64,000 bases of DNA from Octopus sinensis. Lineage: Eukaryota. The first letter of the stretch is position 1. Every line of letters begins with the position of its first letter. The notes below the pieces were generated by a model, which did not search any database, was not told the origin of the DNA, and saw only the letters and a list, made by a program, of their open reading frames with translations. Below, one piece after another: positions 12,780 through 27,488 of this stretch. The position numbers and the translations under genes were made by a program. The stretch covers positions 3,286,001-3,350,000 of the forward strand of contig NC_043009.1 in NCBI RefSeq assembly GCF_006345805.1, written 5' to 3'.

Positions 12780-13218
12780 ATACTATAATCATAAATGATT
12801 ATATATTGAATTTTGAGATACTAGAAGGCACCAACTCAACTCAGTATCAGAGCGAGCTAGAATCCGCAACTAGTATCACTAAATTCAATGTGTGAATGAA
12901 AAGATTGTGTCACCAGCCCCTTCCCACCCGCGTGTAGCCAAAACAAGATGCTGTGGTTATCTACTGAGATAAAATATGGTTATCCGTAATAATGAAGGGT
13001 GAAATTAATTAATTTGGAATAATTATCAATTACACCAAGTAGTCTTCGGCATGTAAAAGCCTCATTCGAGGAAAATTTAAGTAATACTAAGCAATAAAGG
13101 GTTTAGCAACGAATTGCCTTACCAGTATTACTTAAATTTTCCTCGAATGAGGCTTTTACATGCCGATGACTACTTGGTGTAATTGATAATTATTCCAAAT
13201 TAATTAATTTCACCCTTC

Positions 13219-13258
<40 letters not shown>

Positions 13259-13427
13259 TATACATATACATATATACATACATATACAAACATATACACA
13301 TACATATACATATTTATAAATATACATATATATAGATATGTACATCTATATATACATATACATAAGTATGCATCTGTGTTTGTGCATATATATATATATA
13401 TATAATGTCTATATATATGTGTATATA

Positions 13428-13494
<67 letters not shown>

Positions 13495-15204
13495 GCAACA
13501 TTAGAATTGAACTACAATATACAGACTGACACATAAGTAGATAGAGAGAGAGAGAGAGGCAGACAGAGACAGAGACCGTGAGAGAGAGACAGGGAGACAG
13601 AGTGAGAGACAGTGGGAGAGACAGATAGATGGATAGAAACATACATAACTAATCATTTTGCATATATTTATAACATGTTGTTAAATATATTCAAATAATT
13701 ACATTAAGTGCGAAATTAGTACATTTCTACTGTTTTTTTGCTGCTGTTTACGCTTCTGATCTTAGAACGTGTATGTAGATTATATTATTAAATAAAACGT
13801 AGATGTGGTGCTCATTTTAGAGTTCCTTCTAATTATAGTGAAACGGCATACGTCAGTGGTCATTAGTAACAAGTAATAAATTAGCCAGACTGTGCAATTA
13901 AATATTTATTACTTATTAGTTAGTCATTATCGATTAATTCGATGCTAGTACAGGATTAGAGAGATCGAAGATAAAACTAAGATTAATAATGAAGCTGATC
14001 TTTGAGGATTTCTTTGACTATATATGATTAATTTTATTTCAAAGGAAATTTTAAGTATTTTTATTCATTAGGGAATATACAGTGTATGGGTGAGTAAATG
14101 AACATGTTGCAGGCAGCATGTTTCTGTGTACGTTATGGACATACATGCATACATGCATACATACATACGCATACGCAGCTATTTCTCGTAAATTGCTGCA
14201 ATAGCCGAGGAATGGCTTCTGAAAGTTTGTTTCCTAAAGTGAGTTATTACGGCGAACAGTTTTGATGGTAATTAGCGAACATATTCGACATATATCCAGA
14301 ATCATAGGAGCGTATCTGTACTAGTAGAGAAGTGAAAGTACAGGCAAATTGCTCTGTTGTGTGTGTGGTTATTGAACTTTTCTTCACATCATTCGCCACT
14401 TGTCACTTCCGAGTACATCATGGTCTGTACGTATCATTTTCCCTGCACATTCACTTACTTATCTTTCATTTCGCTGCGTCTCTCCTGATATTTCTATTGA
14501 GTCGAAACTTCAAAATTAACTTGTGGCTCCTTTTTCCTTTTGTTTTTGGTGGTCTCCTGCTGTTAATTATTTCGCTCCAGACGCGTTCGATAAGGCGTAA
14601 GACATCCCTCACCTACAAGAAACACCGTATTTCTATAACCTCACACTCCATCTCCTCCATTGTTCTTGAAAATATTAGTGTTTCGATGATCGTTCAGCGT
14701 TTGAGAGAAGCAGCTTCACCTAGCGAGGGAAACGGTACGAATATTATCTATTAACATTTGGTTTCCTCCCCAATGAAGATTTTCTCCTCCGTGTCTCTCA
14801 CAATTTCCTGAAGAGGTAAACCTTTTCATATTAACATCTAGAATCCAGCTTTGGTAAGCTATTGAAAATGCTAGAATTTTGATTGTCTATACAGTAATTG
14901 CTATTATTTGAAGACAAAGACGCTGAGCTATTTTTAATTTACTTGTGATAAAAGGCATTAAATTCTAACTCGAAACATACCCATTAATGTAGTATTAATA
15001 TAACTTTTACTAGATTTTCTTTGATAAATTCAACCGTTCTTATGTTTATGATCGCTTTCGAGCACAAAACAGACTATTCTCTTACTGGATTCGATCCAGG
15101 TGTAAGGTCATAGTCATTTTAGCCTTTCCCCAATATGTTCAGGCAAATTTTAGAAATATTCTTTGGAATCACCATTCATCCTCTGGAAAAGCCTTAAGAA
15201 AATA

Positions 15205-15617
15205 CTCTTTTTTTTTTACTCTTTTACTTGTTTCAGTCATTTGACTGCGGCCATGCTGGAGCACCGCCTTTAGTCGAGCAAATCGACCCCGGGACATATT
15301 CTTTGTAAGCCCAGTACTTATTCTATCGGTCTCTTTTGCCGAACCGCTAAGTGACGGGGACGTAAAGACACCAGCATCGGTTGTCAACCAATGCTAGGGG
15401 GACAAACACAGACACACAAACATATACACACACACTTATATATATACATATATACGACGGGCTTCTTTCAGTTTCCGTCTACCAAATCCACTCACAAGGC
15501 ATTGGTCGGCCCGGGGCTATAGCAGAAGACACTTTCCCAAGATGCCACGCAGTGGGACTGAACCCGGAACCATGTGGTTGGTTAGCAAGCTACTTACCAC
15601 ACAGCCACTCCTGCGCC
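15205..15617 (-). mobile_element. Full-length SINE family B
   Basis: Head, CORE-like block, internal TA/CA tract and TACTCTTTTACTTG tail all present. Confidence 0.92.
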
Positions 15618-16259
15618 AAAATAGTTGAAATTTCTTCTGGCATTTTTATTGTCGACATTCATCTGTATTCTAACGTATGTGGTTTGTAAGCACATACAGA
15701 TTTGCCTGTATGCAACAGGCAATAATTTGTTAGCGTTTTTCGAACACTGGTATAACTTCATTAATACCAGATAATTCGTTTAAAAATAGTAATCTTTTCG
15801 TAACTTTGCTTCTGAAAATTCTTTAGACTAGTCATATATTGTTATTTAATAATTAATTAGTTACTGTATCTCGACTGGCGAGTTTTGTATGAATTCTAGT
15901 TGTGCATTTATCCTCGTAGAATCTCCCAGCAGATGACATCTTATCCCTATTGTCATTTTGTCTCACATAGAAATAAAAAAAATACAAGAAATTGAAACAA
16001 AAAAGGGAAGAGAGAAAGAAAAAACTCCGACCATGATTGATGAAAGTAAAAGGAAAAAAAGTATGTATATTATGGGCTGGGGGAAGACGGAGCAAATCAA
16101 TACGTATTGCATCTGCAAATCTAATCACAAGTCCGGTTTTAGATGGAAGCCAAACTGATCAACAAAATTATAGATTGCAGATCAAAAGGTGTTTTGGTGA
16201 TAAGAGATAATAGTAATTATGTTCATATAATGTAGCAAACAACTATCAACAACAATCAA

Positions 16260-16261
16260 CA

Positions 16262-16314
<53 letters not shown>

Positions 16315-16644
16315 TAATCAGCGCGTATCATTAACGTTGTAACAATAACAAACAACAGCAATATCATCACGACCACCAAAAACAAGAAACGCTTCCAACA
16401 AAGACGAGAATAACTCTTCTGTAATATGCAACTATATAACGATGGAATAATGGCGACAGAAATAAAAACATCATCAATACCAACAAAAACTAAAATAAAA
16501 AAATAAAAACAAAACAAAGAAGGAAATCAAAAGAAATGGATATCTAGAGTAGTTACAATGACGATGATGATGATGATGATGGTAGTGATGTGGTGATAAT
16601 ACTAATAATGATCATAACAGCAACAACAATAATTATTGCTATTA

Positions 16645-16708
<64 letters not shown>

Positions 16709-16730
16709 GTTATTATTATTATTATTATTA

Positions 16731-16765
<35 letters not shown>

Positions 16766-16804
16766 TATTTTTATTATTATTATATATTATTATTATTATT
16801 ATTA

Positions 16805-16843
<39 letters not shown>

Positions 16844-16848
16844 TTTAT

Positions 16849-16899
<51 letters not shown>

Positions 16900-16951
16900 G
16901 TTGTTATTATTGTTATTATTATTATTATTATTATTATTGTTGTTGTTCTTG

Positions 16952-16994
<43 letters not shown>

Positions 16995-17068
16995 AATTAT
17001 TAATATTATAATTATGATTGTTGCGGTTACTACTGCTCCTGCTAATGTTATTATTTTATTGTTGTTGC

Positions 17069-17118
<50 letters not shown>

Positions 17119-17720
17119 TTATTGTTGTTATTACCACAAGGGTGACGGATGAGGGGACGTTCCTGGAGCAGGTTAATACTGACAGGAAAATCAATACGTC
17201 GAGTTCAGTATGCAGACTAAAAATATGTAAGAACAATTACAAAACGATAACATTTAAACAACACCAAACAACAGCAACAACAAGAAAAATATCAAGAACA
17301 GCAATGGTAACAAAATCAACAACAACAGCAAAATGGAAAACAATAACAATGACATCTGAAATAGCATTAACTTCAACATCGACAACAACAACAACAACAA
17401 CAACGTGATTGAGAACAAAACAAGAGTAGTTATAGTAATATGCCACAACAAATACAAAATTTTGAGAAGCATCAATAACAGCGTAAATAATAAATATAAA
17501 ACAAAGATATAATAAAATAAATAGTGAAACAAATATCGATATCAGGAATTAGAACAAATAATGAAATGTGGAACGAAAATATCATTGTCATCGTCGTCAT
17601 GCTCATTATTGTTGTTCTTGTTCTTGTTGTTGTGGTAATCGTCGTCGTCGTCGTCGTGTTCATCGTTTTCATCCTCATCATCAACATACTAATGGACATT
17701 GTATACGTCAATAGCATTGT
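16260..17720. repeat. (AAT)n/(ATT)n and degenerate CAA/GTC trinucleotide low-complexity block
   Basis: Directly visible; yields poly-I/L/Y ORFs. Confidence 0.9.
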
Positions 17721-17727
17721 CTTTTCT

Positions 17728-18513
17728 TATTTCTTTATTGCCCATAAGGGGCTAAACATAGAGAGGACAAACAAGGACAGACAAAGGGATTAAGTCGATT
17801 TCATCGACCCCAGTGCTTAACTTGGACTTAATTTATCGATCCCCGAAATAATGAAAGGCAAAGTCGACCTCGGTGGAATTTGAACTCAGAAAGTAAAGAC
17901 AGGCGAAATACCTATTGCTTTACTACCTACAAGAGGTTAAACACAAAGGGTACAAACAAGGACAGACGAACGGATTAAGTCGATTATATCGACCCCAGTG
18001 CGTAACTGGTACTTACTTAATCGACCCCAAAAGGATGTAAGGCAAAGTCGAACACGGCGGAATTTGAACTCAGAATGTAAAGACAGACGAAATGCCTATT
18101 TCTTTACTACCCACGAAGGGCCAAACACAGAGAGGACGAACAAGGACAGACAACCGGATTAAGTTGATTATATCGACCCCAGTGCGTAACTGTTACTTAA
18201 TTTAATCAACCCCGAAAGGATGAAAGGCAAAGTCGACCTCGGCGGAATTTGAACCCAGAACATAACGGCAGACGAAATACCTATTTCTTTACTACCCACG
18301 AAGGGCCAAACACAGAGGGAACAAACAAGGACATACAAACGAATTAAGACGATTACATCGACCCCAGTGCGTAACTGGTACTTAATTCATCGACCCCGAA
18401 AGAATGAAAGGCAAAGTCGACCTCAGTGGAATTTGAACCCAGAACTTAACAGCAGACGAAATACCGCTAAGCATTTCGCCCGGCTTGCTAACGTTTCTGT
18501 CAGCTCGGCGCCG
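17728..18513 (-). mobile_element. SINE family A: one head plus four tandem ~184-bp bodies, 11-bp TSD
   Basis: Units 17728-17911, 17912-18095, 18096-18280, 18281-18464, head 18465-18513; TTGTCTTTTCT at 17717-17727 and 18514-18524. Confidence 0.9.
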
Positions 18514-18519
18514 TTGTCT

Positions 18520-20940
<2,421 letters not shown>

Positions 20941-21568
20941 GTTAGTTAGTTAGTTAGTTAGTTAATTTGGCTCAAAAGCAAATAGCAAGGCCATGTAGGG
21001 GGACATGGAGTTAAGTACAGGGTGGTGTTCATATAAAGAGTTCAGGCCACTTGAGGTCCAGGGAGGCTTTGAACAAAGCGGTCGTCGGCATCTTCACCAT
21101 CTCGTCTGGCAGCTTGTTCCACGGATCCGCAACCCGGACGGAGAAAGCTCCTCTCCTTCGATTGAGATGAAATCGTCGCAGGTAGAGCTTTTCGGAATGA
21201 CCCCGCAGCCGACGCTCCGGAGCAGGAGTGAAGAACAGCTGTTTCGAGAGGTTACACTTCCCGCTTATGATGTTGTGGGCGAGAATGAGATCACCACGGC
21301 GGCGGCGTTTTTCAAGAGAACAAAGGTGGAGCGTCCTCAGCCTTTCTTCGTAGGACAAATTTTTGAGACCATGAACCATGCGGTTAGCCAGCCTCTGGAC
21401 TCTTTCGAGGTGCTGTATGTCTTTGAGGAGATAAGGAGAAGAGGCTTGAATCCCATACTCCAATATGGGTCTCACCAGCGTGACATAGAGTGGCAGGAAT
21501 ATGGCTGCTGTGAGCATTCCGAATGACCGTCGAATCAAAAACAGAATTCCGCGCGCTTTGTCTACCAC
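20941..21568 (-). mobile_element. 5'-truncated CR1-clade LINE (ORF2 C-terminus, 3'UTR, (TAAC)n tail)
   Basis: Uninterrupted 21029-21568 frame with LYVTLVRPILEYG, LERVQRLA, LSYEERL, RRRRGDLI, LRGH, AFSVRVADPWNKLP; GTTA-repeat tail at 20941-20963. Confidence 0.92.
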
Positions 21569-21774
21569 TACCTATCAAATAACAGCGAAATGTTCTCAGA
21601 TTGGTACCCTTTCTTTAGTAAAATGACCCGTTTGACTCCGCGAGCTTGCTGCCTTAAAACAAAATGGATCTTGGCGAAATTTTAACTCAGAAGGTAAAGA
21701 CGGATGAAATACCTCTAACCATTTCGCCAAGTGTGCTAATGATTCTACCATCTTACCGCTTTAACGTCAAGAAT

Positions 21775-22167
21775 AATAGTCCTTTCTTTTATATGTACAA
21801 GCCCTGAAATTTGGTGGGAGGGGAGGAGACGATCATAGCGACACCAGTATTAAACTAGTACTTATTTTATCGACACCGAAAAGATGATAGGCAAAGGCGA
21901 CCTCCGGGAATTTTGAACTCAGAACGTAAAGACAGACGAAATACCTATTTCTTTACTACCCAGAAGGGGCTAAACCCAGAGAGGACAAACAGGGACAGAC
22001 AAACGGATTAAGTCGATTATATCGACCCCAGTGTACTTAATTTATCGACCCCGAAAGGATGAAAGGCAAAGTCGACCTCGGCGGAATTTGAACTCAGAAC
22101 GTAGCAGCAGACGAAATACCGCAAAGCATTTCGCCCGGCGTGCTAACGTTTCTGCCAGCTCGTCGCC
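21775..22167 (-). mobile_element. SINE family A dimer (A1 unit with head joined to an A2-tailed body)
   Basis: Same junction GACGAAATAC|CTATTTCTTTACTACC at ~21944. Confidence 0.8.
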
Positions 22168-22175
22168 TCCTCAAC

Positions 22176-22511
22176 AACAATAAGAGCACTCGGAGAGCGC
22201 AAACCTCCGCCAAGGCAACACCAAAGTCCCCTCAACAATTAGCCGGAGATGATTTTTTAGAATGAGAGTATCTGAAATAAACTTGACTTTTCTAAAAAAA
22301 ATAGTAGAAAAACTGGAAAATTAATCTGCAATCCTTGTCCTGTACCGGATCGATCCCAAAACCTAAGCAGTTCGTGCCAGTCACGAGGCCAAACGTCCCT
22401 GAAAGTTTCATCTGGATTCATCCATCGGTTCTTGAGATATCTTGTCCACGGACAAACAAACAAGCACTACTTAAAACGATACCTCCAACTTCGCTAAGGC
22501 GGAGGTTATAA
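22176..22511 (+). mobile_element. Non-autonomous Helentron-associated (DINE-1/HINE-like) element
   Basis: Subterminal ACCTCCGCC (22203) is complementary to GGCGGAGGT near the 3' end; 3' stem-loop ACCTCC..GGAGGT; typical AAAGTTTCATC..CCATCGGTTCTTGAGATATC..ACAAACAAAC block. Confidence 0.7.
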
Positions 22512-22741
22512 AGTTTAAGCAATGGTAAGGATAAAGATTATTAATACCGTTTAGTAGCATGGTTAGTTTTTCATAACGACGGTATCAACAACTCTAACTG
22601 CAACCAGCAAACCAACGCCAGAATGTCGATACATTCAATCTACTGACTGAATGTAGTTGTTGAATCAACGCTTAATTACTCCATCTTAGCATGTTAAGAG
22701 ATAAGAAAGGACACAGGATACAATAGATAATGAATTCATTC

Positions 22742-23189
22742 GGATCTTTTCGGTTTGAACGGCAGTTTTTTCTAGCGGTGTCATATGAAATTGTCACCCA
22801 TAATTATGACCCTAGTATCGATCTATTGCATTTCAATCTGTTTTAGGGTTAGGGTTAGTTATGGTTAGTTAATGTTAGGGTTAGGGTTAGGGGTGGGGGA
22901 AGGGTATCTTTTGTTCTTCACAAATGTAAATAAACCCAATCAGTTTCTTAAACGAGGGACATATTCATACGGCACATAATGTTTTTTACCTCAATACACG
23001 TCACTGATTGGTTGAAATTGCAGAAATTGAAGAAAAAATACAACAAACATCTTACAAACTATAGAATTTTGTCAATAAAGCCAAGATAAAAAGATGTTTT
23101 ATAAACACATTCTACCAGTATACGAAGTTTAAAAGGGTTTAGTTACCTAGAAATTATGTTAAAAACTGCCGTTCAAACCGAAAAGATCC
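22742..23189 (+). mobile_element. MITE with 29-bp TIRs, 8-bp TSD and internal TTAGGG repeats (Merlin-like)
   Basis: TIR GGATCTTTTCGGTTTGAACGGCAGTTTTT and its exact reverse complement; ATTCATTC at 22734-22741 and 23190-23197; GG termini with an 8-bp TSD fit the Merlin superfamily (assignment inferred). Confidence 0.85.
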
Positions 23190-23556
23190 ATTCATTCCAT
23201 ATAAAGAAGACAAATAGAACACGAAAATGTGGAAGTAGTAGTAGTAGTAGTGGTAGGAGAAAACAAAACTACACGAAAAACTGTAACAACCATTTAGATG
23301 ACGCTATCGACAAAAATGCTATCGATATTCGGATTGATAGAAACGCAGCAGTAACAACTACAGTGAGAAAACTAGCTAGAATAATAATATTTTAGTTCCA
23401 CCTAATAATTATAACAACCAAATCTCCTGCAAGTTACTCTCTGATGCCTCAAATATTGACGGGAGGGATACTATGCTAATTGTAGTCAGAAAATGTGTTA
23501 CAAAAAAGACGAAATTAGTCTTTTCGACTGTGTTTCTAGGAAATACATATTTTCCA

Positions 23557-23797
23557 CGAAATACCTATTTCTTTACTGCCCACAAGGGGCTAACCACAGA
23601 GGGGACAAACAACGACAGACAAACGGATTAAGTCGATTACATAGATCCCAGTGCGTAACTGGTACTTAATTTAATCGACCCCGAAAGGATGAAAGGCAAA
23701 GTCGACCTCGGCGGAATTTGAACTCAGAACGTAACGACAGACGAAATACGGCTACGCATTTCGCCCGGCGTGCTAACGATTCTGCCAGCTCACCGCC
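23557..23797 (-). mobile_element. SINE family A1
   Basis: Near-consensus copy; its tail carries the internal-type junction plus a few bases of a further unit. Confidence 0.9.
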
Positions 23798-23850
23798 TTG
23801 TATAATACAAACGGTTATCATCGTCACAATTGTCATGGTCATATTCCTTA

Positions 23851-24770
23851 TTAATATTATATGCCGTTATACGGTGGCGAGCTGGCCTAATCGTTAGCAC
23901 GCTGGACGAAATGCTTGGCAGTTTTTCACCCGTCGCTTCGTTCTGAGTTAAAATTCTGCGGGGGTCGACATTGCTTTTCATCCTTTCGGGGTCGATAAAA
24001 TAAGTACCAGTTGAACACTGGGATCGACGTAATCGACTCATCTCCATTTGCTCCAAGCTGCCCTTGTGGCAAAAATTTCAAATAATATTGTATACCGTTA
24101 TAAAGCTGGCAGAGTCGTTAGCAACCAAGAAAAATCCTAGGTGGGGTTTCGTCTGTGTTTAGGTTCTAAGATCAAATTACACCGAGGTTGACTTTGCCTT
24201 TCATCCTTTTGGAGTCGATAAAATAATTACCTGTTAATCCCTAGAATCAGTATAATCGACGTTTCCCATCCCCCAAACGAGCTGGCTTTAAGTCCCAATT
24301 TGAAATCCAACATTATATAACGTTATAAAGAGGTGAAGTGGCGGTATCATTAGCATGGCAGGGAAAATGTTTAGCGGCATTTCGTCTTTCGTCCGTCATT
24401 ACTTTCTCATTTTAGATTCTTTCTGAGGTCAACTTTTCCTTTCAGGGATCGACAAAATAGGTACCAGTTGATCACCGACGTCGATGTAATGGACATACCT
24501 CGCCCATAAAATTCCTGACTTTGTTCCAAAATTTGAAATCGATATTATATACCGCCATAACGGCAACGAACCTGCAGAATCGTTAGCATGCCGGACAAAA
24601 TGCTTAAAGGCATTTTGTCCGTTTTTACGTTCTCAATGTAAATTTCGTCGATGTTGACTCTTCTTTTCATCCCTTTGGCGTTGATAAAATAAGAAACCGG
24701 CAAGTCAGTGTGATTGATGTTCCGCTTCTCCGAAATCGGTGGCCTAGTGCTAAATTTTATATCGAATATC
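23851..24770 (+). mobile_element. Four diverged head-to-tail SINE A2 copies with a repeated spacer
   Basis: ~230-bp period; each copy preceded by a TATTATATACCGTTATA-like sequence (about 23855, 24085, 24312, 24544). Confidence 0.7.
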
Positions 24771-24969
24771 GAATACATCGTTATCATAATCACCATCTTC
24801 ATCATCATTAAGGTCATCATGGCCATCATCATCATTATCATCACTAGTAGCGACAATAACAACGTCACTGTTGACTTCAGTTTTATCAAATAATACTGGA
24901 GACAGTTGTGATTACTGACATTAAGCACACGATTCTAAAACTAACAGTAAAACAATTAAAACAAATCTG

Positions 24970-25018
<49 letters not shown>

Positions 25019-25677
25019 GTAAAAGACAAATAATATTTATCGTTGCTATGTTAAAACAACATGAATGACACCAGTAATAAGAAGTGTGAGACTATTTCAA
25101 CACAAGCTGAAAATATATACTAAAAGTCTACTTAAAGCAATGCAACAATAAATAAATAATTTATGGATACATTTCCCAAGTAGACTAGAAAATGCGAATA
25201 TAAAACACAAAAATAAAATTTCAAATTTTGAAAATACTATATCAGATTTGGAGAATATCAAATAAATACTGAATTAAATATAATATAAAAATATAATTTT
25301 CTAACAAATTATTTTTGTTTTTACCGTTTTCATATTTTGTCATATTTATATATTTCAATACTTTCCTTCACTTATTTAATATATTTTTTCTGTGGGTGAC
25401 ATCATGGAACAAGCGGAATTTTATCAGAATCAAATACTTATATTTCTTGTAATCAGTGTATGTTTCAATTTTATGTTGTGTTCGATTTTGCACTATATCT
25501 CTCTGATCTCTACCAAGTAAGTCAACAGACGCTGGCGATTTGGCATTCCTGTCTGGACATTGAAGTCGAATTGTCATTGGCTAATTTTTGTTATTTTCGT
25601 AACGGTGCAATGTTGGCAGAGAAAACAAACACACAGAGGCAGTAATATACGTATACACAGAGAAATATATACACATA

Positions 25678-26092
25678 GGCGTAGGAGTGGCTGTGTGGTA
25701 AGTAGCTTTCTTACCAACCACATGGTTCCAGGTTCAGTCCACTGCGCGGCACCTTGGGCAAGTGTCGTCTACAATAACCTCGGGCCGACCAAGGCCTTGT
25801 AAGTGGATTTTGTTGACGGAAACGGGAAGAAGCCCGTTGTATATGTGTATATGTATATATATTTGTGTGTGTGTGTGTGTGTGTGCGTGTATGTCTGCGT
25901 GTCTGTGTTTGTCCCCCAGCATCGCTTGACAACCGATGCTGGTGTGTTTACGTCCACGTAACTTAGCGGTTCGGCAATAGAGACCGATATAATAAGTACT
26001 AGGCTTACAAAGAAAATGTTCTGGGGTGGATTTGCTCGACTGAAGGCGGTGCTCCAGCATGGTCAAATGACTGAAACAAGTAAAAGAGAGTA
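25678..26092 (+). mobile_element. Full-length SINE family B
   Basis: Matches 15205-15617 in the opposite orientation. Confidence 0.9.
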
Positions 26093-26127
<35 letters not shown>

Positions 26128-26169
26128 ATATATATATATATATATACATATATATATAAGAGAGAGAGA

Positions 26170-26510
26170 GAGAGAGTAGTGAGAGGGGGTTGGGAAACAA
26201 GTGACGTATGGCGACACGTTCTCCGACTCCATCCTTGCAGCATCTGTTGCAAACCCTGGTGTCAAAACCCGTATCGCAGAAGAGAGAAAAAAAAAAAACA
26301 CCGGAGCCTGTCAATTTCAACCGTCGTCGTCGACAGGTGTTCTAGGACCCCGCGCTACCGGTTTCCTCCGCAAAATAGGGATAACGGCGGCGAGGCGGAG
26401 AAATATGCCCCGCGACGTGGAGTGGCTGTAGCAGCGTGCATCGCTGTCTATTCTCCACGGCAGAGCATACCATTTGTTCTGGAATATGTGGGCCATCACC
26501 CCCGCGCCAC
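26170..26510. promoter_or_regulatory. CpG-rich island, possible promoter or 5'UTR
   Basis: Sharp local rise in GC and CpG, no second copy in the window; GTGACGTATGGCG has CRE-half-site and YY1-like words. Function inferred only. Confidence 0.3.
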
Positions 26511-26767
26511 TTTTTTTCCAATTTTTTCTGTTGTTTTGTTTTCTTTCTTTACTTTTCTCGTCTCTTTTTTTTCCCGTTTCTTTGTGTTTAAATTTTCGAA
26601 TAAAATATTTCTGAACTTACAAAATTAAAAATACTAAAAAATAGAATTTGTTGATTGAAACCGACTGGCATAAACACCTCCGATCTCCTCATACACGTAC
26701 ACGGTTTGTAGAAATCAGGGTCTACATATTCTACAGGTTCTTAATGCATATTAATGCTCTCTCTGTC

Positions 26768-26809
<42 letters not shown>

Positions 26810-27488
26810 CCTTTCTTTGTACGTGTTTACCACTCACAGCACCAAAATTTGAATATACTGTCAGATCTAATTTCTTGTAGTACAGAAATTTATAATTACG
26901 CGATTTTTCTTTCTGACGTTTTGCCGATATTTCACCAGCCATCATAGACAACGCATAACACCAAAACGTGCTCGAAGATGTGAAAATATGTCAAAATAAG
27001 TTAAAATAAAACTTTAGACTATGATTATAATAATTTATTTATTTATTTAATTATTTTATTCTGCTAGTTTCAGCTCGAGTGCTGCTACGATACTGTGGCA
27101 GCGCCGATTATACATTATTAATATAGATATTTTACATCGGTAGAAGCTTTCAATTCTGAGGCAGAGTTACAAAACTTGATATCGAAAAGGCCACTTGCCT
27201 CTTATTGCCCCGAAAACAGTAACAGAAACGGTGACATTGGATGTGTTTGAACCAAGAAACTACAACGCCGAAAATAAAAATTTAGTTTTTTGTGTTAGGT
27301 ACGAAAATTCTTGAGCTGAAGCCCGAGTCGAAATCATCGACTCTAATATACAACTGTTGCTAAATTTTATCCATTCAGAATGGATATTCTCGGCAGTATT
27401 TGAACTTAGGACGTACAGAATGTAAATTAAATAATAAAATCTATTTTGCCAAAACAATCCACTTCTATTAGTTTAAATAGTAATCGTC

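Larger units (their letters stand above)
11581..13221. mobile_element. Two opposed insertions of a 593-bp hammerhead-bearing tandem unit inside (TA)n (retrozyme or PLE pLTR-like)
   Basis: 11616-12373 forward (about 1.28 units; the sequence at 11616 recurs at 12209); 12487-13123 inverted (637 bp); short inverted pieces at 11581-11616 and 13124-13221; five single-base differences seen between copies; no ORF. Confidence 0.85.

Noticed and set aside
14332-14754. 140-aa hydrophobic ORF in a repeat-poor island, plus a possible minus-strand acceptor (~14622) and donor (~14458)
   Set aside because: No recognisable domain and no consistent spliced frame; hydrophobicity follows from T-richness.
17728-18513. 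Regular repeat array superficially like CRISPR or satellite DNA
   Set aside because: No unique spacers; the units are SINE bodies inside one TSD.
22843-22905. TTAGGG repeats as a telomere or fusion scar
   Set aside because: Short, degenerate and internal to a TIR element.
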